From: a virus
Length of the DNA stretch: 64,000 bases
IMG/VR virus record: IMGVR_UViG_3300035662_000018
Location: 5,143-69,142 of that record
Direction: 5' to 3' (one strand)
Shown piece after piece: positions 9,730 to 24,700 of the stretch (position 1 is the stretch's first letter; every line of letters begins with the position of its first letter). The position numbers and the translations under genes were made by a program. The notes beneath the pieces are model-generated. The model saw only the letters and a program-made list of their open reading frames with translations. It did no database searches and was not told the DNA's origin.

Positions 9730-12700
9730 CTACGCTCGTTCCTGCGCCAGCTTCTTATCAGAAGGCCGTGGTGCTCTAATCATATACTGTGTTCCGTTAC
9801 TTGAGAACTTCATCTCGTTTGTTTCTGGATCTACTACAAGTGAAGTACCTTTGTCGAGTAAGTACTGTCCAACTCCTTCTCGATCTGTTTCAACCATGAC
9901 GTATGTCTGAACTACGTTCATATTCTCATCAACAGTTGGTTCAACACCGACATAGTAGACAGGACGAATGACGCCTTCAGTGTCTCCATCAATGGTCTCA
10001 ATTACTGCCTTGCCCATGTCATCTAGGCTAATGTAGTTTTTGTAGACCATGAATTCATCGTAATCTACCTTGCTCAATTTTCGTGAATCCTTTCTCTTAT
10101 TTCCAGCTGAAATTAGAGGTTTATCTGGACTAAGGGAGAGAATCTTATTCCTAATCATAAGTAGATTTTCTGAAATTACACTGCGAAGTGACCGGCCGTT
10201 ACTGTCAACAACGTCTCCGATGTCCGACATGAATAGGCTAAATAGCCTACTAAATTGGCCAGAATACATAGCAACCTTTTCATCGTTATCTTTGCCTGCT
10301 CTTGTTGCTTTTAGAATAGATTCAATGTATTTAGTGTACGACTCAAATGTATTTTGCGACTTATTATTCACTGGAAGGCCAGCTTCTTTTTGGCCAGCAA
10401 CAGTTATCGCCGTACCACTAAACGAAAGCCATTCTGGATCCATTTCTTCATATTCATTGTAGTCTTTGACTGACACTCTTCCACTGAAAGGAAGAATGGA
10501 GTGAACTTTGCTATCGTCTGTGATAACGCCAAGCACGTCGTTAGTCCAGTCAGAATCCATGAATGAGACAGTAGCGCCTCCGCTGCTCTGCGCAAGTATC
10601 TCTGGCTCAAGTGCGTACATCGCTCCGTTTGGATGTAACACGTAAAGACGAGGCAAAGTCAGGCCGTTGTTCAACGCTACGTCAGATCGGTCAGACTTCT
10701 TCACTGTCCCAGCAGCGTCCCAGCCAGCCGCAATAACTTTTGAATCTTTTGGAAGGTAACCGTACGTGTGTGCCGCGCCTGACATCAGCAAGAGTGCTTG
10801 TACTTCGCCAAGAGTCAGCGCGTTGACATTGCCTCCTACAGACTCGACTGCAGAAGTAACTTCTGGTTCAACACTTTTTGTATTCTTTGTCTGGCCTTTT
10901 TCCTTAAGTGCACCAGAGTTGACAATGACGTCTGCAATTGGAGTTCCATTTATTTCAGATATTCCCATGTCATCGAGCATTTCCATAACTCGACCATAAA
11001 ACTGTGGTGGAAGTTCAACTATGTTTCCAGGAGCAATTACATCAATACCGTGCTTGAGCATTGTTTCGTATCCACCAGGCGCTGAGTTGCTAATTGAGTT
11101 TGCTCCGATGATTCTCTGACCGTACTTATCGTTTCTATTGGCATAGAGGTCAGTTCTTGAATACACATTCTTAGGATCTATCCATATTTTTACATCGTTG
11201 TCGTACTTGATTAGAGAGTGGCCTTCGTTGAATTTATAACCGTGCGGGCTGAGATAGATGTAATCTGCTCCGCCTGTGGCCATGTCCTGATTTTCTGACA
11301 TTCCAGAGTATGGCAGTCCTTCATTAAACCTATTTACAGTTGAAATAAGTCCTTTAGTAACTAGGTTAACAACTGTCTTAGCTACTTCATCAATTATTGG
11401 TTTTTCTGGGCCAGAGAAAGGATTACCAAAGTAGCTTCCAGCCGGCTTTACAAATCCTGAGCCTTCACTACCGTACTTAGTATTTACTTTTTTAATGATG
11501 TGGTGAATTGACACCATGTGCATAAACACTTCTGTGCCTGTCTCGCTGGCAATTTGTTCTGCAACACCTTCTGGAAGTACGTAGTTGATACGTCCGTGTT
11601 TCCCAGGTACAAGATTGACATTATCTACTGTAACTCCGTAGTCTTCTTTGATTTTCTGGAGCATTGAAGCGCGTAACGCCTGCGAACTAACATTGTTAGC
11701 AGGATCGTTTTCGTTAGAAAATAGCGATAACAACTTGTTTTCAATGACAATGTCAATGTCATCTGACGAAGCGCTAGTGACGTCATTTACTCCTGCTGTC
11801 TTCATTGCTTCAGAAATGTCGTCTAATGTTGCATCAATTGGAAGATCTATCACGACTTGACCGTGGAATGCAGCAGGGGCGTCGTCGTACGTGCTGTTGG
11901 CTATTTGAGCGGTGCCTTTTATCTTTTGCGCAGAAGTTATTGTAATGCTTGCTTTTGCATTGTTGTCCTCCGCGTCATACACCCACTCTGTGCCTCGACC
12001 AAATCCTCGGCCTTCTTCGTCTACTACAATGTCTCCAGTGTCAGTGAGCTGCGTGCGCTTTAGCAATGGAGTTGCCTCTGACCATTTGCCGGCGTCACTA
12101 GTTTTGAGTGCCTTAGCATCTTGCAGTTTTGTTTCTTGTGCAAGCATTGCCCACGGCGTAAGCTTAAATCGTAGTCTAAGTTTTCTCTCGCCGTCTGGGG
12201 TAATGATTGTTGACGCGTGAACATCAAGATCTTCAATGTCAGTGCTGTCAACAAGCGCGGACTTTCCAAGAAGTCCGTCATCTTCTCTCTTTGCAACGGC
12301 GTACTCAACAATCTCTGAAAGAGACGGAACTCCATCAACGTAACTTCTAGTAAGCGGGAATTTTTCTGGCGATTTTTCAACTTTAGGACGGCCTGATGGG
12401 CTAATTCCAGATTTTTCAAGCCTTTCTTGTTTTCCTTTATTAAATCCATCAACAAATACATCTGCTGACCTTGAAGAATAAAATTGTATTGCATCAAACA
12501 GTTGTCTAGCTGTCTCGTCAATAAACTTTTTGTCACGTTCGGCCATGTCTGAACGCCAGTCTTCCGATGCGGACCTCTGAAGAATTCCACGGTAGCTCGC
12601 TATTAGCTGCCTAACACGGTCAAATGCCGTGTAATCTAGGTCGTCAAACCGTCGCATATCGCCTTCAAAATCTCGAAGCATCTCGTATTCTTCTGATTCT

Positions 12701-15700
12701 TTTTTATTATTAAGTTCATAAAAGGCTAACGTGTTTGTAAGCGCGCTCTTTGCTGACTCAAACATAGCGCCTGCCTGACGTGTTTCGTCATCGTCTGGGC
12801 TTGAGTTGTCTTCAAGACTCTTTGCAAATAGATCAAACGCGGGATCAAAACCTCTAAGAGCTTCGTCCATGTTTGCGTACATGTCTTTAGCTTCTACCTC
12901 GACGCTGCTTTCAGTAATTGTTTTGATTTGCTTAACGACAGAATCAATGTTCTTTTGATGCTGCTCTTGTCCGCCGCCGTACCCTGTAACAGTTCCAGGC
13001 ATGCTTTCGTTTACCTGCTCAAAAAGATACTCAAGATTGCCCTGACCTTCACTGTCAACTTCTACGAGATCTTTTCTCTTGAGAGCATCTGGGAATTGGC
13101 CATTTAACCATTCTGCGACTGCGCGTAGTTCTGGAGAATTATGATACTCGCTAATAGCTTGTTCAGTAAGTCCCTTGTTGAACCAGCCATTGACTGGCGA
13201 TATTCCAAAAATTGGATACCACTTTCCTGCGTCAACATTCTTTTTTCCGCCGGCGCCTGTGCTCATGTAGAACGGAACTTTTACTCCGTTGATGCCTATC
13301 ATGACGATTGGACGGCCGGCATACTTAAACATGTATGAAGACTGAACATTGCCTTTTTCATCAACTGGAACAACTGTCTGTGCAGCAGTAACAACTATTC
13401 CTGGAATTACTCTTGGCAATTCTGAACTAATGTTAGTCAGTGTCCAAGTTTCATTTGATCCCTGCTCTTTATTTTCTGCAGGAACTACCTCTGGTTTAGA
13501 TGTAATGTCTGGTTCTATATTTGGAATTCCAAGTTCTAACAGATTCATCGGCTTTGGATCTTGGCCTACGATTTCAACAAAAGTTACTGGAACATTTCCA
13601 AGATACTCATGTTTTTCGTTTCCTTTTCCGACAACACGGAATTTAGTTCCTCTTTGAAGAACAAACTCGAGCTCGTCTTTTTCGTCTTTAGCAGCGTCAA
13701 TGTAAATGCCACGTGTGCCTGCTGGAGCAACCATCTTTAGCAAACCTTTATTTTCATCAGCAATATTTAGTATAAACATTGCCTTGTCTTTATCAAGACT
13801 TGTTGAAGAGAATCCTTCATTTACGAATTCATCACCTACATTAAGCTCGTTGATCGCTCTTCCAACTCCACCATAGCCTTTTACGGCCCTGTATAGAAGC
13901 GTATCTTCGCTAAGAGGATCAACTTTGTTAATCGCATCTGTAATATCGGTGATAATTCCTACGTACTCTGCAAGTTGGAATTCATCTTCAAATCCGTCAG
14001 CGGCCCGCTCTTGATCCTTAGGGTCAGGTGACACCATCTGAGAAGCTGTGATGTTTACGCTTGCCGACTCGTCTTGGTACACATCAATGGCACCGAGGAA
14101 TCCTTTTGCAGGTTCGCCTTGACTCTTATATTCTTCTACAAGACGTTTGTGCGTTGATAGCTTTTTCTGACTCTTTTCAGCGCTTCTTATTGCGGCTTCT
14201 TTTTTGGCGTCAGCTTCCTCATCGTCAGCGTTGTCATTTTGCTTTTCTTCTACTTCAGAAAAGATTACAGCGGCAGAGTCTTGAAACGCGCTATGAAGTT
14301 TTCCATCGCTGCCCATCTTCATAATTTCGTCAGCAGTAAACCAGCCAACTTCAGAGTTCTCTCCATCTTTAGGAGACAGGTCCCCAAGTTCTCCTGGCCC
14401 TACTTCAAACACAACTGTCTCGTACGACCAATCTGGCGATGGTTTACCACTATGAATAAAGACTGGGCTAAGTCCGCTAATGTCACCGCCGACTTCTTCC
14501 ATAAATTCTTCTTTGGCAGTTGCAGTTGGAGTGTCTGCCATTTTCTTATTTGTATGCGCTCCGCCTGGGAACCCCCACTTGCCTCCGCCACTTGAAAGAT
14601 TGCTCGAGCGCTTAGCGAGGAAGTACTCGTAGTTTCCATCTTTATTCTTGCGGCGGACAAGCGCGCCTTCTGCACCAAACCTACCCCAGTACCGCTTTCC
14701 ATCTGATGCAAAGTAGTAACCTTCACCAGTTTCTTGATCGTTTCCACCGCCAAGAGGCGCGAAGAATGGAAGGTTTGGAGGAGTTAAAGTCCCGTTGCGC
14801 AGAAGTTGAACGTCTGAGCTAGAGATGTTTTCTGCATAGTAGACGCCGTCATCTCCCTTACTAATGGTGTAATCATTCCATTTGCTTGTTGGAGCTTCAG
14901 AAACTGGAGCCCCTGACGGGGCATCAGCTTTTGGGAGGTCGCCGCCAGACTGTTCGCCACCTTCAGGATAGATAGGAGTCCAAACTTCAAGTGTTGGAAC
15001 ATCAAATGTTGGGAATCCTTTTTGTTCACGAATTGCATTGATCTGGTTGATCAGTCGTGCATTGCGCTCTTTTGAAGCAAGAACAAGAGCTCGAAGTGGA
15101 GCTTCGTATTTTGTTCCCTTAAATGCTTCAGCAAGCCAGGTTGCATGACCAAATGCTATAGGCGTTGTTCCCTTGATGATGTCTGGAATTGTAATCCATC
15201 GCGCTCCAGTAGCATCATCTCCTGCTGCAAGAGGAGTGTCCCTTGGAACTTCGTAAGCAACTGCGCCGACGTAGGCTCCCTTGTACGCTCGTGGATCCCA
15301 GTCGTTTGCGTCAACCTCGCCGAGGAACGTGCGACTGGTGGCTTGGTCGGACGAGATCCCAACTTCTTCCATCATCTCACGATCTGCTGCTGCTCCAAAC
15401 GACTCACCTGCGTCTCTAAATCCACCAGGGAGCGCGTGCGCTCCCTTGAATGGACCGTGCAAGCGAGAGATCATTAACACCATTGGAGTTCCGTTATCGT
15501 CGCTTGTGATGATCACCGCGTCAGAGGCAACGATCTTGCTTTCTTTTGACAGTGAGAACTCATTAGTTGCGTCATCAATATCTTGATCGTCGTAGCTATC
15601 GTCAAAGTATGAGCTGATGTTTGCTTTTGTTTTCTTTGATTCACGTACGAGGTCAGCGCTAGGCTTCATCAATGCGAGGCCTGCTGGCATTGGAGGCACA

Positions 15701-18700
15701 GGTTCTCCGTTTAGCTCTGCCTGACGTGCTGCTGCTTCGTAGTCACGAGCTGCCTTGAGCTTTGCCCAGTCTTTCTTCTGCTTATCTACGATGTCCTGTG
15801 GAAGCTTCTTAGACGCTGGAGTTGTTGGAAGATCAATCCATGGATCTGTATCGTCTTCTGGATTAAGAACCGTAAGTGTGCTTGGGTTCATTGACTTACG
15901 TGCGACACCTGGGCCCCAGTTGCCTTTCTTAACACTGGCAGGGTCACGTGGGTCAATGTCGTAGCGAATATAAACATTGATCCAATCTTTTTCGTTGTAG
16001 CCCTCAACGGTTCCAGAGTAGCCCCACTTATCGCGAACGCGCATTCCAGGAGTGATGAATGTCTTTCCATCACGTGAGTATCCAACAGGACGTCCACTTG
16101 GATCAACTGCATCGAGTGGTGGCAGGCTCTTTCCTGTTGGGCGCCAGTAGTACTGGCCAGTAAGAACTTCAACGATACCCTCAAGCATGTCGCGGAAGAA
16201 GTTGTTGTCAATTGATGTTGCGCTGTCGGCAGGCTTGTGCGGGAACTTGTCAAGAATTGCATTGAGTTGGGCAAGTGCCTCTTGTTCTGACATTGTTCCT
16301 TCGCCAAGTGCTTTGCGAATTTCAGCAACCTGAGCTGCTGCTTCACGAACGCGCTTGCGGTCCGATGCCATCAGTGACGTGTCTTCACCTGTGACAAGTT
16401 CAACTGCTTCGTCAAACTCATCAAACTTCTGCTGCAGGTCAGCTGCCTTGTTGGCATCGCTTCTGAACGCTTTATTCTTTTCCTCTGCCGACTGCTGTGC
16501 TGTCTTTGGAGCATCTGCATCTGGAAGAACATCGTCTGGAGCCTCTGCAACTCCAGTCGGCATTGCGCCTTGTGGAGCAGCGACGTCATCTGGACGCCAC
16601 TCTGGATCAAGAGCTTTTGCTGGCGCGGCTTCTGGCGCAGTTGGTTCTGCAGCCTTAGGCGCTGTCTTGCTGATGCGGATCGCATCGGCTGCATCAGCTG
16701 CCTGAAGCATAAGACTCTGTAGATCTCCTGCGCCTACTTCTGAATAAGGCTCGAGGAACTCTGCTGCCTCTCGGAACTTCTCCTCGGTGTCAACATACAG
16801 TTCACCGCTATAGGCGTACAGCGCGTCTTTAACTGCCTCGCGGAACTTCTTGATGTTCTTCTCATCCTTTGCGCTGCGATCAGCGTAGTCATCAAGAATG
16901 TCTTCAGCATCACTGACAGCCTGTTTTACAGACTTAATAATCTGCTCGTTGTTGTCGCCACCTTCTGCTGGTGTTGGTGTTGGTGCTGGTGGCTCTTCAA
17001 CTCCACCGCCGCCTTCGCCTTCGGTAGTTGGCTCAGGTGTTGGCGCAGAAACTTCTTCTTCTTCTGCTGCTGGAACTTCAGGCTTAACAAAACTGTCAAT
17101 CCAGTTGAGTGGCCCAAGATCAACCATCTTCTTTGCACGTGTTACTGCAACATATGCGATCTTAAGTTCAGTTGGTTCAGGCATAATGACTTCGCCAGTT
17201 ACTTTGTCAACTCGAGGGCCCCAGAAGTCGTTCCACATAGTGGCGTAATCCCATTCAAGGCCTTTAGCTTGGTGAACTGTCGTGATCATGACGTCAATAG
17301 CGCCGCTATCTACTTCAGTAGGTTCAGCTTTCTTAAGCCCAAGCGCCGTGCTGAGATCGTTAAGCAAATCAAATGTGTCTGCCTCACTCGTAAACGGTGC
17401 GTCCCAAGTCTTAGTAACTCCGTTATACTTAAAGCGCTTTGTTTCTTTGATTGCATCTTTATTTCCGTACGTGTTTCCAGAGAGCGAGACATACGAACCT
17501 GAGACAGCGTACGTGATTCCTTTGCCAAGTTCACCAGTTGCACCAGGCGCTGTATCGCCAACATCTGCCTGCGTGTCGTCTTCTGACATATCGCGGATTT
17601 CGCCAGAGCCCTTGACAAGCTTTAGCTTGTCAATCATTTCACGAATTGCAGGAATTCCTTCAGCGTCAACCATGTCTGCAAAGATTTGAAGCTTTTTGCT
17701 GTCAATCAGTTCATCTGCAATTGCTTTTTGAACTTCAGACCATGACTTAAATGGAGCAAGATCCTCATGAAGTTGGCTTGGTTTATTTTGTCCAGTGATC
17801 AGATACTCTGCTGTATCTGTAAGACTTACGAGATCTCCTCTGTAATTCTTTGTCACACCAACTACTCGGCCTCGGCCAAGTTGATCGGCAATTGCTGCAA
17901 ATCCTCCACCATTGGTACGGACGAGAATTGCATTTGTAGTGTCGAGCATCGAGCCAGTAGGCACAACCGTGCCTGGATCTGATCCAGCACCGATAACTCG
18001 AAGATCAGTGCCAAGGAGTTGCAGCCACTTGTTTGCTTCTTTTGCGATGTTCTCGCCGAAGCGGAACGACTTGGTCAAAGGCAAACGCTGTACTGCTCTG
18101 TCAACTTTTTCTAGTTGGTTTTCTCCACCGCGGAATGCGTAGATCGCTTGGTTGTTGTCTCCAACGTACACAACCTGAAGTGGTTGCTCGCCGATGACTT
18201 TTCCAGATACTGGGTTGATGTCCTGAGCTTCGTCAAAGAATATGAAGTTGTTTGCGAACTTTGTTCCAGAGCCAATCTTAGAAAGGTCTGGCTTTGAAAG
18301 TGCCCACATCTTTGTAACAACTGTGTTGTTGATCTTTGCATTGCCATTTGGATCTTGGTAGTCGCTCCAAATGTTATTGGCGGTGGCCATCATCCAATTT
18401 GGAACGTCACCACTCCATCCAGCTGCGATGAAGTGTTGCTCGCCAATCTCATCGTCGGCACTGATCATAAACTTGTTGACAACTTCTTTGAAGAACTTAG
18501 TTGCCTCAAAGAGCGAGACTGTCTCGTCGTTGTTGCCTTGGAACTCAGTGATGCCAAACGCCTCGGCAAATTTCTTGTAATACGCGAGTGGGTTTGACTT
18601 CTTCAGGCGCTGCATCTTTTTCTTGACTTCATCAGAAGCCCAGCGGTACGCAATTGCGTCGTTTGTGACGACTTCAATGTTTGTCAGACCAGCTTCAGCA

Positions 18701-21700
18701 AACTTTCGCTCTGCTTCGAGCTGTGCGCTCTTATTAAATGCAATGTATACACCACGTTCTGTTGGACGCTCTTTCTTTTTGCGCTTTCCAGCTATCAAAA
18801 GAGTTGATGTCTTGCCAGTTCCAGCAAGCGCCTCAACAACAACGTCATTGCCAGAAAGAATTGCGTCAAGAATTGCACGCTGTTCTTCTGTTGGCATAAA
18901 CGGCTCGTCCTTGTACGGATCGTTCGTGTCAACGCCGTCGTACTTAGGATTATCAATTTCTTGAGTATCGGCCATTGATGTTGGCTTAGAGGTACTTCCA
19001 CCTTCAACGCCTTCTGGATCAATCTCACCGATTGGCAGTGGTGTTGCCTCACGGACCATCTTTTCAACATCAGGTACAGAGCAAGGTCCGTTTGCAGGTC
19101 CAACGGCTGCTGTCAGTCCAGAACCACCACAGTTCCAAGCGGCGGCAATTGCTTTAGCAGCAACATATTCAGCGAGGTCTGCTTCGTACTTGGCGTACTC
19201 ATTTTCGTAGTCAGCAAGTTCTTTTTGTTTAGCCTCAAACGCGCCATCAACATTAAGAAGTGTTGTTGGTGTCGTATCTGGATTTTCAATTGCGCGGTCG
19301 AGCATTGCATCGGTGATTTCCCACGACGCTTCAGCGTCTGCGTCCGCACGGTGCCAGTCTGGTAGTTGGACTTGAAGGAAGTCGGCAATTGGTCCAAGAC
19401 TATTTGATGCACGGCGCTTGCCATCTTTTTCACTTACCTGGCTTGCTCCAAACTTTGTCTTTGAGTTCCACTTAGGCAACGTGCCTTGGGCAAGATCTTT
19501 TGAGTCAATTGTTCCAACAATGTTCAGTGACAGCCCGTTTTCACTAAGAACTCGGTTAAGAATTTCAAGATCAAATGGCGTGTACTGCCCACCAAGAATT
19601 ACATCGCCACCGACGTTTTCGTTGACAAACGCGAGGAACTGCTCGTGCGCTTCCTTCATTGACGGTTGTGTTGCAAGCCATTCTTCTGTTACAGGCGAGC
19701 CGTCCATCTGCTTAAGATTCTTAGCTGACCAATCGGAAAGCTCATGCTCTGGATTCATGTATGAGCTAAACCGAGCATTGACCTTTCCATCCAAAGCAAC
19801 AATTGCGCCGATCTGCACCGGATTGTTCTTTCCGCCTTTTTCTGGACCAGGAAGACCTGTTGATTCGTAGTCAAAGAAGACAATCGGAGTTTTGCGGATA
19901 ATTGCTGCAGCCTCTTCCCATGTCTTAGCATCTTTGAGAAGCTCGGCCATCTTGCCGTTGAACGCGCCCGGTGAAGGCTTGCGCGGTGCCTTAGGACGGT
20001 GCAGTGCTGGCTTGTCGCCCTTAGGTGGAATTGTGCCACCACGAGCAGCAGGAATGATTGTTGTTTCATTCCACTCTTTACGCTGCGACTCGTGTCCTGG
20101 GAAGTAGCCTTGTACGCTGACCTTGTTTTTTGGAGTATCTCCATCGCGGAAGATACGCTCGATAACAAACGAGTCATCGCCAATCACATCGCCTGGTTGC
20201 AGATCCTGTGCTTCGTAGCCAATGCTATCTGTAAGTGGAATGCGCTCTGCGAACGGATCAACCGTTGTATCCTTAATTCCAAGCTGATCAAGAATGTTTG
20301 AACGGCGACGCTTGAGGACGTCCTTGAGCATTTCACGGTCTGTTGGATCTGAAATTACTGAGTCAACAATGTCGTCAATTTGACTTGGTGTGATGTTAAG
20401 AAGCTTGCGACCACTCTCGACAATCTGCTCTGGCGTCATTTTTCCGAATACTGAGCCAGCACTTTGGTTTATGTCCCTATCGCGCATCGAGTCAAGTTCA
20501 CCAACCTCTGGACCAAACCAGTCTTTTGGTTTACCCTGTGCGCGCCACTTCAACGCGCCACCTGGGTCAATTCGGTATGTGTTACCTTGTTCGTCAACAA
20601 CAATGTTGTCGTAGACAAGACCGATCACATCGTAGTTTGAAAGCCATGCGTCAATTGCAAAACCGTCATGAAGTTGCGATGTAATTGCTTCGTCAGATCG
20701 GCTACTTTGAAGAGTTTCAGTGCCAGGAATCATCGGTGTGACAATCCTGTCAGATCCAAATGAGCCAGCGGCTGGGTTGTATGTGCCTGGCTCGCTATCT
20801 TTCTGGTCGTCTCGTGTTGCAAGTCCAACTTCTGATGAAGGAATTTCAAAGTGACGATAGAAAGCTGAAGCAAGTGCTTCGTTTTCAGCGTGCGACTGAG
20901 ACTTTGCTCTCTTTACATAGAACTGACGACCGTTTTCGTCTTCGTAAACGCCGCCTTCGTTTGAACCGCTTTGTCCACCAACTTGTTTCCAGCCTGAGAT
21001 GTCGCCATAGTATGGAACTGTTGGTGATGCTTGTGCTGGTGCTGGTGCTACCTGCTCTGGAGCAACTTGCTCTGCAGGCTGCGCTTGTTCGGCGGGAGTA
21101 GCCCTACGCAAGACAACTTCGTAAACTCGTTCACGAATTGGCTCTACTCTTTCAATTGTAAACGTGCCGTATCCAAAGTATTCTTCTTCGCCAGGAAGCC
21201 ATGAGTAGTTTCGTGTTCGTACAGCATCAATTTCTCCAGGCGCAAACGAAAAGATGATTTTGGCTTGACCTTCCTTGGATGGAGTGCTGCCGTAGTCTGT
21301 TTCGTCTGCCACTTGATCAATTGAAGACATTGATCGTGGATCAATATCAATTGTGTTTCCAACTGTTGTTTGATCTGTAAAGTCTTTTGAATCTGTTTGA
21401 ACATAGATTCTTCTCTGCAGTTCAACATCATTTGGTATTGCAGACTCAGCGACAAGCCTGTACATTGCTGCGGTTGAAGTGTCTGCAGTAAGGTCGTCTA
21501 CTCCTTTTGAAATTCGCTGACGGCCTTCGGCAAAGTCTTTGTAATCTCCATACTTCTTAACGATTTCTTTGACAAACACCTCTCTTCCAGCGTCTTCAAA
21601 GGTATCGCCAGTGCGCCTAGCAATTTCCTCAACCATTCCTCGGTAAAAATCTGTAATGTCCCAATTGATCCCGCCTGCATCGTTTCCGTCGGCGGCCATC

Positions 21701-24700
21701 TGGAGACCCCAGAATGCTCGGAACGCCTCTTGCTTTTCTGGATCATCGCTTAGGGCCCAGTCAATGTACTTAGCGATTAGCTTAGCGCCTTGCTCTGGAC
21801 TTTCAGTCTCAATCGTGTCAACGTCTTCTGAGCTTTCAATTTCCCTAGCAAGTTTGATTATGAACGGATTTGTCTCGTTATGGTTTTTGACAAGTTTAAC
21901 TGCGTTAGCTGTGTAGTCTGGCGCGCCAAGCATTCCATTTATCTTAGCGGCGTTTGATGAAGTAATCTTTCCATACGGAGTATCTTCAACAACTTTTTGG
22001 ATATTTTTTGTGGCGTTGTTTGCAGCTGTTTTTTGTTCTGGAGTTTTCGCAAGTCGTGCATACGCTCCAGAAAGAAGAACGCCCTTGTCAAGTCCAGTAA
22101 GTTCAAGTGCTTCAAGAAGAGCCTCGACTGGAACGTCTTCCATTCCAGCATCAAACTTAAGACGCGCCATTCCATTGCGCTCGTCGGCGTTCATAAGCCC
22201 CTGCGTCATTGACATCGCAAGTTGCGCTGTGTTGAACTTCCTACTCAATACTGCTGGATCGTCAGTGTAGTCACTGCTTTCCTGAGTGGTTCGTCCCTTA
22301 GGACGATACACACCGAAGATGTTTGGCTTGTACGCACCGTCTGGAGCAGCAAACATTGAATCAAATGCCTCTTCATCAAATGCTGTAGCTTCGCCCTCGT
22401 CAGTGTCACCTTCAAATGTGCCATCGTCTTCTGGCCCAGTAAGCTCACCTGAAACATTTTCAGATCCATCGGCATCGCCGTTGTACCACTTAGCAAATTC
22501 TTCTTCGCTTCCTTCTGGAACTGAGAACTCAACTACTGGCCAGCCGCCTCCTTCGCCTTCTGGACTGACGATGTTTACGTCTCCGTCAGGGAATACTTCC
22601 TTAAAGCGACCAATGACCTCATCAAGAGTTTCATCTTCAGATGCGACATCAACTGTAAAGCTCGTACCTGCTTCTCCGTTTGGAAGCTCTGTGCTTTGTC
22701 CATCTGAAATGCCGTACTCATCTTCAAGTACTTGTGCTTGCTCTTGCTTTTGTGCACGAGACTCGTTGTAAGCCTTTCCAGCTTCATTCAAGCTGCCGTC
22801 TGCATCGTAGAACAAGTCAAGTTGACGCTCAAACGAAGGAGCTGTATCTGTAACTTCAGGACGTGCGTCTGGAAGAGGACGCATTGTGCGCGCTTCTTCA
22901 CCAAGGTAGTCTTCAATTGGGTTGCCGTCAATTGTTGGCATAACTGGAGCAGCGATCTTGCTTGCGAGCCAGTCGGCTTCTTGCTTTCCATTGAGCTTTT
23001 CAAATGCGCGGCCCTTAACAAACTTGCCAACTGCGCTGCCGATTGATTCGGCCTTTCCAATTGCATCAACGTCAGCCGGGTTGACATTTGGATAGAGGTA
23101 CGTTCCTCCACCCTTTCCATCGCGAGACTTAAACTTGATGAGCAATTCGCCAGTAGCTGGGTCAAACGACATCTCTTCAACTGATGAACTTGCTGATGTC
23201 TTGATCCTACGGAATGTTTGTTGACCTTCAGGTGCTGAAGGCTGCTGAGCTCCACCTGGCCATGCTGCATCAACAAGACGGTCAAGTTCGTCCTGCGGCA
23301 TATTGACGATGTCATCTACCTTGACATTTGTGTCAGGTGCAGGCTTATTTATCTTGTCAATGGTGAACGTGCGATCTTCACCGTCGGTCTTGCTGAAACC
23401 TTTAAGTTGCTTTTTGCCAGCTTTGTTTTCAATGATTTGCTCTGGTGTAACTACGCGCAGTTTGTCATTGAAGTCAAAAGCGACGTCTTTCTTTTCTTCG
23501 ATTGACTTCTCAATGATTGCTGGAAGATCTGCCGTAGGCGTGTTGCGCATGTCATTTGCTGCGTCAACAAGACGTTGGATCTCTGGTGAGATCTCTGGTG
23601 GTTCAGCAAACAGTGTTGGCTGACTCTCGTCTCGTAAAAGCTGGATCTTGGGTGGTTCCCCTGGAATCAGTCTCCCGTCAGGTCCAATCCTGAAATCCCC
23701 GTCGGGCAAATTCGTCCACTTGGGTGGTTCCCCTGGAATCAGTCTCCCGTCAGGTCCAATCCTGTACTCCTCGTCGGGCAAATTCGTCCAGGGCAAAGGC
23801 TCGCCAAGGCTCGGGTCAATAATCCGTTTTCCGTCAGGTCCAAGCTTGTAAATATCGTATGGCGGCTCGACCAGTTTCGGGTCAATAATCCGTTTTCCGT
23901 CAGGTCCAAGCTTGTAAATATCGTATGGCGGATCATAGATAGCTGATGTGTAGTCGGATCGCAGCTCTGGATACTCGTCAAAGTCTGGCATTGGACCGCT
24001 GTATCGCCATTCACCGCCTACTGGTGGAATGCCAAATGGTACAAATGTCCAATTGTCAGGGTCATCGAGCTGTTCTCGGAATCTTTCTCGCTGCCTCTTT
24101 AGTTTCTCTTGACGCCTTGCTTCTCTTTCAACACTGCGCTCATCTTTACCAAAGCGTTCGTCTAAGAAATCTTTAAACTTCTCGTCTTCAAAAAATGTAT
24201 CTTTAGGAGGCATTGACGTAATGCCTGGAGCTTCAGATGGCGCAACAATCTTGTCCCAAGCGAAGTTCTTGCTTGTTCCGTCAGAGTCTGTTGCCTTTAG
24301 GTTTGTACGACCTGTTTGACCATTTTGCCAAACACTTTTTGGAGTAACAACGCGATCTTTGCCGCTGTATGTGAAGCGAAGCTTTTGGTCGTTATCAATA
24401 GCGTCTTGAACAAACTTCTTGATGTCTGCAATCTTGTTGACTTCTTTTGGATTGAGATCAATTACGTCTCTTATAGCAGCCGGTGCCTGGACTGGTGCAG
24501 GTGCTACATCTGAAGGCGTCATCTTATCTACAATGAACGTGCGATCTTCGCCGTCTGTTTGACTAAATCCAACTACGTTTGTAGTTCCTGTCTTAGGATT
24601 TTTGTAGATGCGCTCTGGCGTAAATACACGGTTCTTTCCACTGTACTTAAAGCTGATTGGATACTGACCGTCAATTGCCTTCTGCACATCGGCAACAACA

